NCBI GenBank assembly: GCA_021732525.1
Contig: JAKFUU010000001.1
Coordinates: 29,906-93,905 of the forward strand
Length of the DNA stretch: 64,000 nt
Reading direction: 5' to 3'
DNA from: Sphingomonadaceae bacterium
GTDB lineage: Bacteria; Pseudomonadota; Alphaproteobacteria; Sphingomonadales; Sphingomonadaceae
Numbering within the stretch: position 1 is the first letter of the stretch; every line of letters starts with the position of its first letter. Below the pieces are notes generated by a model, which saw nothing but the letters and a program-made list of their open reading frames with translations, did not search any database and had not been told where the DNA came from. Shown here in pieces: positions 9,625-19,292 of the stretch. The translations under genes and the position numbers were made by a program.

Positions 9625-10403
9625 CCCGGATTGCGATTGCAAATCAAAAAGGCGGCGTGGGCAAGACGACCACGGCGATCAATATGGCAACGGCGATGGC
9701 GGCCAGCGGCTGGAAATGTTTGCTCGTTGATCTGGATCCGCAAGGCAACGCATCGACCGGATTGGGGGTGAAGCAAGCCGACCGCTTGCGCAGCAGCTAT
9801 GATTTGCTATTTGGGGAGGCGACGTTGCAGGAGGCGGCGATGGCTTCGATCATTCCTGGTCTGGATATTGTGCCCGCCACGGTCGATCTTTCGGGCGCCG
9901 AGGTGGAGCTGGTCGCGTTTGAAGATCGGACCCACCGGTTAAAGGCGGCATTTGCGGCAGGCGCGGATCATTGGGATATTATTTTGATCGATTGTCCGCC
10001 ATCGTTGGGATTGCTCACGATCAATGCAATGGTTGCGGTCGATTCGGTTATCGTGCCTTTGCAATGCGAATTTTTCGCTCTGGAAGGATTAAGTCAATTA
10101 TTACAGACGGTTGAAAGGATTCAAAAGCGGTTTAATCCCGATCTTTCCATTATGGGCGTGGTCCTTACCATGTATGATCGCCGCAACCGTTTGACCGATC
10201 AAGTGTCTGATGACGTCCGCAGCTGCCTGTCTGGATTGGTGTTTGATACCGTTATTCCGCGCAATGTCCGCTTGTCCGAAGCGCCGAGCCATGGCCTGCC
10301 CGCGCTGGTATATGATCATCGCTGTCCGGGGTCGGAGGCTTATATAGCGCTGGCGCGCGAGCTGATCCTGCGTTTGCCAGCAAAGGCGGAGTTAGCGGCA
10401 TGA
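9621..10403 (+). CDS. parA: Chromosome partitioning ATPase ParA
   Basis: Deviant Walker A motif NQKGGVGKTTTAINMA. ATGA overlap with rsmG. Confidence 0.95.
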   Translation: MTRIAIANQKGGVGKTTTAINMATAMAASGWKCLLVDLDPQGNASTGLGVKQADRLRSSYDLLFGEATLQEAAMASIIPGLDIVPATVDLSGAEVELVAFEDRTHRLKAAFAAGADHWDIILIDCPPSLGLLTINAMVAVDSVIVPLQCEFFALEGLSQLLQTVERIQKRFNPDLSIMGVVLTMYDRRNRLTDQVSDDVRSCLSGLVFDTVIPRNVRLSEAPSHGLPALVYDHRCPGSEAYIALARELILRLPAKAELAA

Positions 10404-11344
10404 GCGATGGTAATGACCGCCCCGCGCCGCGCAAAATGGGATTGGGCCGGGGATTGGACGCATTGCTGGGTGAGGCGATGCGGGAAAAGCCCGTCATACC
10501 AAATGCCGGTTCGGTGGCCAGCGGAACCGATGAAACCGGCGGCCGTTCATCGGGGATTGCCGGGATCAACATCGCCGACATTCATCCCAACCCGGATCAG
10601 CCGCGCCGTTATTTTGCCGCCGACGCGCTGTCCGATCTGGCGCAAAGCATTGCTCGGCACGGGGTGATTCAGCCAATTGTCGTCCGCCCGCATAAAGGTG
10701 GTTATCAAATTGTTGCAGGGGAGCGCCGCTGGCGCGCCGCACAAAAGGCGCAAATTCACACTATTCCAGCCATCGTGCGCCATTTGGATGATTCCCAAAC
10801 GCTGGAAATTGCATTGCTGGAGAATATTCAGCGTCAGGATTTGAATCCGATCGAAGAAGCCGAAGCTTATAAGCGGCTATGCGACGAATTTGGCCATAGT
10901 CAGGCGGCGTTGGCCGAGATTGTCGATAAGTCGCGAAGCCATGTGGCCAATATGATGCGCTTGCTCGATCTGCCGCTGCCGCTGCGCGATTTGGTGATTG
11001 AGGGTCATTTGCAAATGGGACATGCCCGCGCATTGCTCGGCAGTGACCAAGCCGTTGAACTGGCCGCGGTCGTTGTGAAAAAGGGGCTATCGGTGCGCGC
11101 GACCGAGGCATTGGTTCGCAAAAACCGGCCTGAAAAGAAAGAAACGCGCGGTGCAGCGGCCATGCGCAATGGCGCGATCGACGCCGATATTCGGGCGGTT
11201 GAAACGCATTTGGGTGACTTGTTGGGGCTGAAAGTATCGATCAATCAGCAAGCAACGGGCGGGGCAGGTTCGGTGACATTTCAATATGCGAATTTGGATC
11301 AGCTTGATATGTTATGCCAGCGATTGACCGGTGAAAATTTCTAA
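10400..11344 (+). CDS. parB: Chromosome partitioning protein ParB
   Basis: ParB box VAGERRWRAA plus an HTH region. ATGA overlap with parA. Confidence 0.95.
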   Translation: MSDGNDRPAPRKMGLGRGLDALLGEAMREKPVIPNAGSVASGTDETGGRSSGIAGINIADIHPNPDQPRRYFAADALSDLAQSIARHGVIQPIVVRPHKGGYQIVAGERRWRAAQKAQIHTIPAIVRHLDDSQTLEIALLENIQRQDLNPIEEAEAYKRLCDEFGHSQAALAEIVDKSRSHVANMMRLLDLPLPLRDLVIEGHLQMGHARALLGSDQAVELAAVVVKKGLSVRATEALVRKNRPEKKETRGAAAMRNGAIDADIRAVETHLGDLLGLKVSINQQATGGAGSVTFQYANLDQLDMLCQRLTGENF

Positions 11345-11453
11345 AGCCTGAGCTTTCGAAAGCCGTATGGCTGTCGTTATCATTCAATAGATATATCAAT
11401 ATTAAGACATTATTGGCACGTTACGACATGTCAACATTTTGATACATATAGGC

Positions 11454-11471
11454 TTAGGGTCCGGACCCTAA
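11454..11471. repeat. 18-bp perfect palindrome TTAGGGTCCGGACCCTAA (copy 1 of 2)
   Basis: Direct reading. The identical 18-mer recurs at 62173-62190. Confidence 0.95.
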
Positions 11472-11600
11472 TTTCCAGAATATTAAATTCCGTTAACCAG
11501 CCAAATTCGTGAGTTCTTATGATTCGTCGGGCAAAAGGGCCTCAGGATGCAGTGGGGCATTCCAAATCTTTTTTTGTACATCGTCTCGAAGGACCTATAT

Positions 11601-12131
11601 ATGTTGAACAAAATGAAAATTATTCTGGCGGGCTCAATTGCCGCTGCATCAATGATTTCCGGCACCGCGCAAGCTCAAGTTTCAACCACCGAACCAGTAA
11701 CAGCGGAAGCTGAAATTATCGTTCCTGTCGCGATAACGGTTGATAGCGGTATCAATTTTGGTTTGATCGCTTCAACCGCAAATCAAGGCACCGTACAATT
11801 GCCGCTTGGCTCCAATACGCGCATTTGCTCCGCCCAGGTAACCTGCGTTGGCACCGGCGCGACTCGCGGTGAATTCCATGTGTCAGCGGCATCCGAAGAT
11901 GCATTGATCGATTTAACAATCGATCCAAGCGTCACGCTCACTGCTCCTCCGCCAGTTGGCGGCGGTGCTGCGCCAACCATGTCGGCAACTTTGGCACTAT
12001 CGACTGCGCAGATCACTTTTGATCCTTTGGCCTTGGAAGCCGTGTTTGTCGGCGGCACATTAACGGTTGGCGCGAACCAAGCGCAAGGCGTGTATACCGG
12101 CAGCTTTGATGTGACGGCCGAATATAACTAA
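11601..12131 (+). CDS. Secreted DUF4402 / spore-coat-U-like pilin-type subunit
   Basis: ATG at 11601, preceded by AAGGA. Signal peptide is MLNKMKIILAGSIAAASMISGTAQA. The T/G/A/V-rich beta-type sequence ends GVYTGSFDVTAEYN, as in DUF4402/SCPU subunits. Confidence 0.7.
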   Translation: MLNKMKIILAGSIAAASMISGTAQAQVSTTEPVTAEAEIIVPVAITVDSGINFGLIASTANQGTVQLPLGSNTRICSAQVTCVGTGATRGEFHVSAASEDALIDLTIDPSVTLTAPPPVGGGAAPTMSATLALSTAQITFDPLALEAVFVGGTLTVGANQAQGVYTGSFDVTAEYN

Positions 12132-12162
12132 TTAAACCATATTTTCTGTGAAAATGGTTGAA

Positions 12163-12204
12163 AACCTCCGGCATGGATCGCAATCCGCCGGAGGTTTTTT
12201 GTTT
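12163..12204 (+). terminator. Rho-independent terminator after the pilin-like gene
   Basis: A 10-bp stem aacctccggc / gccggaggtt is followed by a T6 run. Confidence 0.8.
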
Positions 12205-12238
12205 GGCTATCCGGTTAATTCTCCGCGGCGAAGCCATC

Positions 12239-12343
12239 TAGAGCGGGCGGCGTGAAATCTGAATCGCACAGCCCGCTCTATCGCTTTGTTATCGCATCGC
12301 TTTATGCGAAAAACCGGTTCCCACTTTTTCGCGCGATGCTTTA
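12239..12343 (+). repeat. 105-bp structured intergenic repeat, copy A
   Basis: 100/105 identical by hand alignment to 59079-59183, in the same orientation. It contains the hairpin tagagcgggc...gcccgctcta and a second imperfect hairpin gcatcgc..gcgaaaaa / tttttcgc..gatgc. Confidence 0.9.
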
Positions 12344-12434
12344 ACGTTAGGCTTATAGTAACTATATTCTGGCAGAGATCGTCCGGTGGAAATGCGCATG
12401 GTCACGCACCTGCGCCAAGAAGGATGGGTCATCA

Positions 12435-13277
12435 ATGTTCGCAACATTCGGTAAAAAATATAAAGCAACAGCGTTGATTTCGGTTGGCTTGCTGTCGGCG
12501 CTTCCGCTCGCTGTATCGCCTGCTCATGCCGCCGGGGACTTGCTGGTCGCGCCCACGCGGATCGTGTTGGACGGTCGCCGCGGGACGGAAGTGATCCTCA
12601 ACAACATTGGCAACGAAGAAGCGACCTACCGAATTTCGCTCGAATTGCGCCGGATGAATAAAAATGGCAAATTGGAAGAAGTTAGCGAAGAGGCGGTGAA
12701 TGAAAAAGAAACCGCCATCCGAAACATCATTCGTTACGCACCGCGCCGCGTAACCTTGCCGCCCAACCAACCTCAATCGATACGTATCGGGGTCAATTCG
12801 CTACAGGAGGTTCCCGATGGCGAATACCGCGCGCATATGCTTTTCAGGGCGATACCTAGGGTAACCCCTGTGACCCAATCCGCCGACGAAAATAAGGGCG
12901 TGCAGATCCAGCTGAACCCCATTTATGGCGTAACAATCCCAATCATCGTCCGTAAAGGCAAGTTAGAAGCTACCGCCGCCTTGGCCAATCCGCGCGTTGA
13001 AACCGACGAAGAAGGTAATCCCGTTTTCAGGGTCGATATGAGCCGACAAGGCAATGGGTCGGTGTTTGGAGAAATTCGCGTTACCACCGCTGGCGCAAAG
13101 GAACCGATCGTGTTCCGGGGCATCGCGGTTTACCCCGAATTGGACAGTCGGATTGTTACCTTGCCGTTGACATCCGAATCGGTGGGTCGCCTAAAAGGAC
13201 CTGTCACGGTTGGTTATTACATGCCAATTGAGGACGGGGGAGCACTGCTCGCGGAAGTCAAGGCGCTCGTGAACTGA
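12435..13277 (+). CDS. Periplasmic pilus chaperone (PapD-like fold)
   Basis: A signal peptide is followed by AGDLLVAPTRIVLDGRRGTEVILNNIGNEEATYRISL and RVTLPPNQPQSIRIGV, the pattern of the PapD_N chaperone domain. Confidence 0.7.
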   Translation: MFATFGKKYKATALISVGLLSALPLAVSPAHAAGDLLVAPTRIVLDGRRGTEVILNNIGNEEATYRISLELRRMNKNGKLEEVSEEAVNEKETAIRNIIRYAPRRVTLPPNQPQSIRIGVNSLQEVPDGEYRAHMLFRAIPRVTPVTQSADENKGVQIQLNPIYGVTIPIIVRKGKLEATAALANPRVETDEEGNPVFRVDMSRQGNGSVFGEIRVTTAGAKEPIVFRGIAVYPELDSRIVTLPLTSESVGRLKGPVTVGYYMPIEDGGALLAEVKALVN

Positions 13278-13314
13278 GGCGGATAAGCCGCAGAAAAGCA
13301 CTGAAGCCCGCCGC

Positions 13315-16020
13315 GTGCCAAGCATATTTTCCTCCAAGCGACTAACCCGCTCAATCCTGTGTCTTGCCGCTCCCATTTTCGCGGCTTTTGCTGCGCCGGT
13401 GCATGCCAGCGGCGATATCACCGCTTGGCAGCCCAATGACGACGACGCCATTCTGCTCGACGTTCGCGCGGGACAATGGCGAGTGGGCGATGGCGTGCGC
13501 GGTTACCAGACCGATACCGGCGTCTGCGTCGATTTTGGAGATCTCATCATGGCGCTCGACCTGCCGGTACGGCTTGATAAAAAGTCGCGCCGCGCAACCG
13601 GTTGGCTGTTGAAGGAAAGCCGTGTCGTTACAATCGACCGCGAGCTTGATATGGTACAAATCGTGAACAATAGCCAGCGGTTAAACAAGAATGACATTCG
13701 CGATACGCCGGAGGGTTGGTGCGTGGATAGCGCGACCTTGGCACAGTGGCTGGGCATTGACGTGCAGCCCGATCTCGCCAGTGCGGTCCTACTTCTAAAA
13801 TCAACGGAAAAACTTCCCTTTGAACTGGCGGCTGAGCGTAAAGCGCGCTCCGGCCGGGCAAAGCCAACGCAGACCTTTGATTTATCATCCTTTCCGCAAG
13901 CCAATGATCCTTATCGTTTGTGGCGCACGCCATCAATTGATGTCGTGGCGTCGATTAACGGGAGCAAACAAAACTCGCGCGGCGCAACTTATGATGCGCA
14001 ATATGAGATATATGCGAGCGGCGAGTTGGCCGGAGCTTCCTTCGATGCCAGAATATCGTCAAACAACCGGGGCGTCCCCCAAAATATCCGGCTTCGCGCT
14101 TATCGTACGGATCCAAAGGGTGAGCTATTAGGGCCGCTTGCCGCCACCAACTTCACCGTTGGTGATGTTTCGTCCGTATCGACCGCGCTGGGTACGCAAA
14201 GCAGCGCAGGACGCGGCGCATCAATTACCAACCGGCCTGTAGAGCGTCCCGAAAGTTTTGACCGGACCACTTTCCGAGGAGAATTGCCCGAGGGATGGGA
14301 TGCAGAATTATACCGCAACGGCCAATTGATCGGCTTTGCCCAAACCCGCGGCGATGGCCGTTATGAATTTATCGATATTCCTTTATTGTTCGGTCAAAAT
14401 CGGTTCGAGGTCGTTCTTTATGGGCCGCAGGGGCAAATTCGGCGCGATGTTAAGTTGATCCCCGTCGGCGCCGACTCTATCCCGCCGCGCGAAACATATT
14501 ATTGGGCCGGGATTCAGGATACGGGCCGCGACTTGCTTAGCTTTGGTGACGTCCGCCTGTTAGAAAATGCCGGTTGGCGCGGTGGTTTTGGCTTGGAACG
14601 GGGTCTTAATGCTCGAACGTCGATTGGCACGGCCTTTACCAGCTCGGTGTTTCGCGGCGTGCGGCAATATCATCTGGAATCCAGTCTACGGCGATCTTTT
14701 GGTCCAGCGTTGGCGGAAATTTCGCTCGGCAGCGACCTACGCGGTGGTTATGCTCTGCGGGGTCAGGCGCTGGCGCAAGTTGGGGAGACGGCGGTCAGCG
14801 CCGAGACCGTCTTTCTGAAAAACGGTTTTCGAAGCGAGCGCTTTGATCGTGACTTGCGTTATCTGCTGGCCTTTTCCGTTGATCACACGGTCACCATTTT
14901 TGGTCAAAGCCTTCCCATCCATCTGGATGCCCAGCATCGTAAACAGATTGCCGGCGACGCAACATTGGCATTAAGGAGCCGGTTATCCTTCAATCTCAAT
15001 GCTCTCAATATCAGCTCTGAACTCCGTTGGGAAAGGGGAACGCGGCCTTCGGGGCTTGATCCGCCCTCTCGGCTTGATGGTCTTTTGCGTCTATCGGGGC
15101 GCGTCGGCAAAGTGCGGCTCCGCGGTGAAACAACCTTTGGTGTAACGGGGCCTGATCGCGGCTTTCGTGACGCGTTGTTGACGGCGGAATATCGCAATAA
15201 TGAAAAATCCGAATATCGTTTGCAGCTTGGATATAATGCTCAAAGCGCGCAAGCACGATTAACGGCCGCATATACGCGCCGTTTTGATAAGCTTTCGCTT
15301 TCTGGCCAAGTTCAGGCGGGAACGGACGGTTCGCTTGCGGCTGGGGTAAATTTAGCCTTCAGCTTGGGCGTCGATCCGCGCGGCGGCATTCGTGTTGCTT
15401 CGGAAAAGCTCGCGTCATCCGGGCAGGCCTTTGCGACTGTGTTTGAAGACGAAAATGGCGACGGTATCCGGCAGCCTGGCGAACCGCTACAAGCTGGCGC
15501 TGAATTGACCGCTGGACTGCGGGGCACGGGTTTGCCGACCGATAAAGACGGAACCACCATTATCGATGGGTTGGAACCATTCCTACCGATATTGATTGGC
15601 ATTGATACAGCCAGCCTGCCCGATCCATTTATCCAGCCTGCCGTTCCGGGCATCGTGGTGACACCGCGGCCAGGCGTGCCGTTTATTGTTGAACTCCCGC
15701 TTGTCCCCGCTGGTGAAGTCGCAGGCTATTCACAGAAAGCGAGCGGCGCGCTGCTGGGGGGTGTTGATATTGAATTGATCACAGCATCCGGGATTGTCAT
15801 CAAAAGCACGCGCAGTGAATATGACGGATTTTTCTTGTTTGAAAGCGTGCCTTACGGCAAATATCAAATTCGGATTGCGGCGCTTGCTGCTAATATTCTG
15901 GGCACGCAGCAGCAGTTGCCGGGCTCGGTGGAGCTTAATAAAGGCGCACCGATAGCCGAATTGGGTATCGTCATAGCGCAGCCGGCGGTGGTTATAGCCA
16001 ATGCGAATAGCAGGCCATAG
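13315..16020 (+). CDS. Large outer-membrane protein, putative atypical pilus usher
   Basis: GTG start and signal peptide (AAPIFAAFAAPVHA). The N-terminal segment ILLDVRAGQWRVGDGVRGYQTDTGVCVDFGDLIMALDL resembles an usher N-domain. A long alternating beta-strand region follows. The C terminus has SdrD-B-like (FEDENGDGIRQPGEP) and carboxypeptidase-regulatory-like (YDGFFLFESVPYGKYQIRI) modules. The functional call comes from gene context. Confidence 0.45.
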   Translation: MPSIFSSKRLTRSILCLAAPIFAAFAAPVHASGDITAWQPNDDDAILLDVRAGQWRVGDGVRGYQTDTGVCVDFGDLIMALDLPVRLDKKSRRATGWLLKESRVVTIDRELDMVQIVNNSQRLNKNDIRDTPEGWCVDSATLAQWLGIDVQPDLASAVLLLKSTEKLPFELAAERKARSGRAKPTQTFDLSSFPQANDPYRLWRTPSIDVVASINGSKQNSRGATYDAQYEIYASGELAGASFDARISSNNRGVPQNIRLRAYRTDPKGELLGPLAATNFTVGDVSSVSTALGTQSSAGRGASITNRPVERPESFDRTTFRGELPEGWDAELYRNGQLIGFAQTRGDGRYEFIDIPLLFGQNRFEVVLYGPQGQIRRDVKLIPVGADSIPPRETYYWAGIQDTGRDLLSFGDVRLLENAGWRGGFGLERGLNARTSIGTAFTSSVFRGVRQYHLESSLRRSFGPALAEISLGSDLRGGYALRGQALAQVGETAVSAETVFLKNGFRSERFDRDLRYLLAFSVDHTVTIFGQSLPIHLDAQHRKQIAGDATLALRSRLSFNLNALNISSELRWERGTRPSGLDPPSRLDGLLRLSGRVGKVRLRGETTFGVTGPDRGFRDALLTAEYRNNEKSEYRLQLGYNAQSAQARLTAAYTRRFDKLSLSGQVQAGTDGSLAAGVNLAFSLGVDPRGGIRVASEKLASSGQAFATVFEDENGDGIRQPGEPLQAGAELTAGLRGTGLPTDKDGTTIIDGLEPFLPILIGIDTASLPDPFIQPAVPGIVVTPRPGVPFIVELPLVPAGEVAGYSQKASGALLGGVDIELITASGIVIKSTRSEYDGFFLFESVPYGKYQIRIAALAANILGTQQQLPGSVELNKGAPIAELGIVIAQPAVVIANANSRP

Positions 16021-16127
16021 AGAACCATAGCGGGGCGCCGAGTATCGGATGTCATTTGCCAAGTTGCGGCGGCGCGGCATTGGCTATGGGGCTTTTCGCC
16101 GCATCATAATCGGCTATAGCGGCATGC

Positions 16128-17924
16128 ATGCTCCATCCCGATCGCCCCTTCATTCTGCTTGACGATGCCAGGCCATCGGATGCGGCGCCCGCCCGTCTAT
16201 ATCGCGATCCTATCCATATTCTTTCGGCGGCGCGGGCTGACGAGCTGCCCGGTCTGTTTGACGAGGTAAGACGGGCGCGGGGCAATGGCTATCACGCCGC
16301 CGGTTACCTTGGCTATGCCGCGGGTCAGCCGTTGAATAAGTTCGATATGGAATCGCCAAGCGAAGATGGGGATACACTGGCATGGTTTGGAATATTCAAT
16401 AACTATCAATCAATTAAGCCAGAAAAAGTTGCCGCGCTATTGCCGCCGGCGTGCGGCGCTTATCTATCGCCGCTGCGTGCCGGGATCGATCCGGCGGCTT
16501 ATAAACGGGCATTTGAACGGGTGCAGGAATTTATCCGCGCGGGTGATATTTATCAGGCCAATCTCACTTTTCGCGCCGCCGCCGCTTATGCCGGAAACCC
16601 ATTGGCGCTTTATGCAGCGATCCGGCTGGGCGCGTCGGCGGGCTATGGCGGTGTCATTTGGACCGGCAGCGAATGGCATTTGTCCTTTTCACCTGAGCTA
16701 TTTTTTGCGGTAAAGGACCGGCGGGTTACCACCCGGCCGATGAAGGGCACCGCGGTGCGGCATAGCGATAACCTGCGTGACCGCCAAATAGCGGCCGAGC
16801 TGCAATCCGATCCCAAACAGCGGGCCGAGAATCTGATGATTGTGGATCTGCTGCGCAACGATCTGTCGCGTGTGTGCCGGCCGGGTTCGGTTAAGGTACC
16901 CGATTTGTTTCATGTCGAAAACTATCCCACCGTCCACCAAATGACCTCAACTGTCACTGGCCTGCTCGATCAGGGTAAAGACGCCCTTGATCTTATCCAA
17001 ACCATATTTCCTTGCGGTTCGATAACGGGCGCGCCAAAAATCCGCGCGATGGAAATTATCGATGCGATCGAAAATAGCCCGCGCGGCCTATATTGTGGGT
17101 CGATCGGGCGAATAGACGCGAATGGCGATGCGGCCTTTAATGTGGCAATCCGCACATTTAGCTTGAATGAAGAAACCAAACGGCTTTCATTGGGGTTGGG
17201 ATCGGGGGTCGTTGCCGATTCTAAACTGGCCGGTGAATGGGCGGAATGTTTGGCCAAGGGGGGCTTTGCAAAAATGCCGGGATACGGCTTTGATCTGATT
17301 GAAACCATGCGGTTCGAACCCGCGCAAGGGGTGTTGCGGCTCGAACGGCATTTGGAACGGATGAAGGCGAGCGCGCTGGCGCTGGATTTTGAATTTGACC
17401 GGCATGCCGTCCGAAATCAACTGCATGCCGTCACGTTTCGTTTAGAAAAATCAAGTAAGATCAGAGTTTTATTGTCCAGAACGGGGGCCATTGGGATCGA
17501 AATTCGCGATGCGCCGCCGCTGTCTGATCCGCTGGATTCGGTTTGGACGATCGCGCTTGCGCCGCTTCCGGTCGCGCCCGATGATTTTCGGCTTTCGCAC
17601 AAGACCAGCGACCGTGGTTTCTACGATGACGCGCGGATAGCAGCAAAGGCTGCGTGCGGCGCGGATGAAGTGCTGTTTATCCGTGCAGATGGATATGTGA
17701 CCGAGGGCAGCTTTACTACAATTTTTGTCGAACGCGGCGGCAAACTGTTCACACCGCCGCATTCGCGCGGCTTGTTGCCGGGTATCCTTCGGCAAGATTA
17801 TCTGGAGACCGGTCAGGCGATCGAAGCAGATTTGCGGCAAGAGGATTTGACGAGCGGCTTTTTTGTCGGCAACAGCCTGCGCGGCTTGATCCCGGCTAAA
17901 TTGGTCCGCAAAGCGGTTGCGTAA
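16128..17924 (+). CDS. pabB: Aminodeoxychorismate synthase component I fused to an aminodeoxychorismate lyase-like (class IV aminotransferase fold) domain
   Basis: The N-terminal ~400 aa carry GDIYQANLTFR, PMKGT, ENLMIVDLLRNDLSRV and GSITGAPKIRAMEII. The C-terminal ~200 aa carry HKTSDRGFYDDA...DEVLF...GYVTEGSFTTIF...GLLPGILR, typical of PabC/IlvE-fold proteins. Confidence 0.85.
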   Translation: MLHPDRPFILLDDARPSDAAPARLYRDPIHILSAARADELPGLFDEVRRARGNGYHAAGYLGYAAGQPLNKFDMESPSEDGDTLAWFGIFNNYQSIKPEKVAALLPPACGAYLSPLRAGIDPAAYKRAFERVQEFIRAGDIYQANLTFRAAAAYAGNPLALYAAIRLGASAGYGGVIWTGSEWHLSFSPELFFAVKDRRVTTRPMKGTAVRHSDNLRDRQIAAELQSDPKQRAENLMIVDLLRNDLSRVCRPGSVKVPDLFHVENYPTVHQMTSTVTGLLDQGKDALDLIQTIFPCGSITGAPKIRAMEIIDAIENSPRGLYCGSIGRIDANGDAAFNVAIRTFSLNEETKRLSLGLGSGVVADSKLAGEWAECLAKGGFAKMPGYGFDLIETMRFEPAQGVLRLERHLERMKASALALDFEFDRHAVRNQLHAVTFRLEKSSKIRVLLSRTGAIGIEIRDAPPLSDPLDSVWTIALAPLPVAPDDFRLSHKTSDRGFYDDARIAAKAACGADEVLFIRADGYVTEGSFTTIFVERGGKLFTPPHSRGLLPGILRQDYLETGQAIEADLRQEDLTSGFFVGNSLRGLIPAKLVRKAVA

Positions 17925-17965
17925 TTTTTTGGGAGTGATTATGCGCAGCGACGCAATATCCATAA

Positions 17966-19204
<1,239 letters not shown>

Positions 19205-19212
19205 TCGTAAAA

Positions 19213-19262
19213 TTAGAGCATCGCGTGAAAAATTAGCACCGGTTTCTCGCGTGATGCTCTAA
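19213..19262. terminator. Long imperfect palindrome between the convergent aminotransferase and lpdA genes (probable bidirectional terminator; TAGAGC-ended repeat class)
   Basis: ttagagcatcgcgtgaaa ... tttctcgcgtgatgctctaa forms a stem of about 16 bp allowing two G-U pairs. Confidence 0.55.
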
Positions 19263-19292
19263 ACTCAGGTTTTTTTGCCGCGCTTTCGATCA

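Noticed and set aside
11445-11600. Possible invertible (fimS-like) promoter upstream of the pilin-like gene, based on the inverted words atatagg (11446-11452) and cctatat (11593-11599).
   Set aside because: There are only 7 bp of AT-rich complementarity, which is expected by chance in AT-rich DNA, and no site-specific recombinase gene is nearby.
12286-12477. 63-aa ORF (MLSHRFMRKTGSHFFARCF...) in the pilin-chaperone spacer.
   Set aside because: It is read across the 105-bp repeat, and the same repeat at 59079-59183 is not in an equivalent ORF. It is most likely a translation artefact of a structured repeat.
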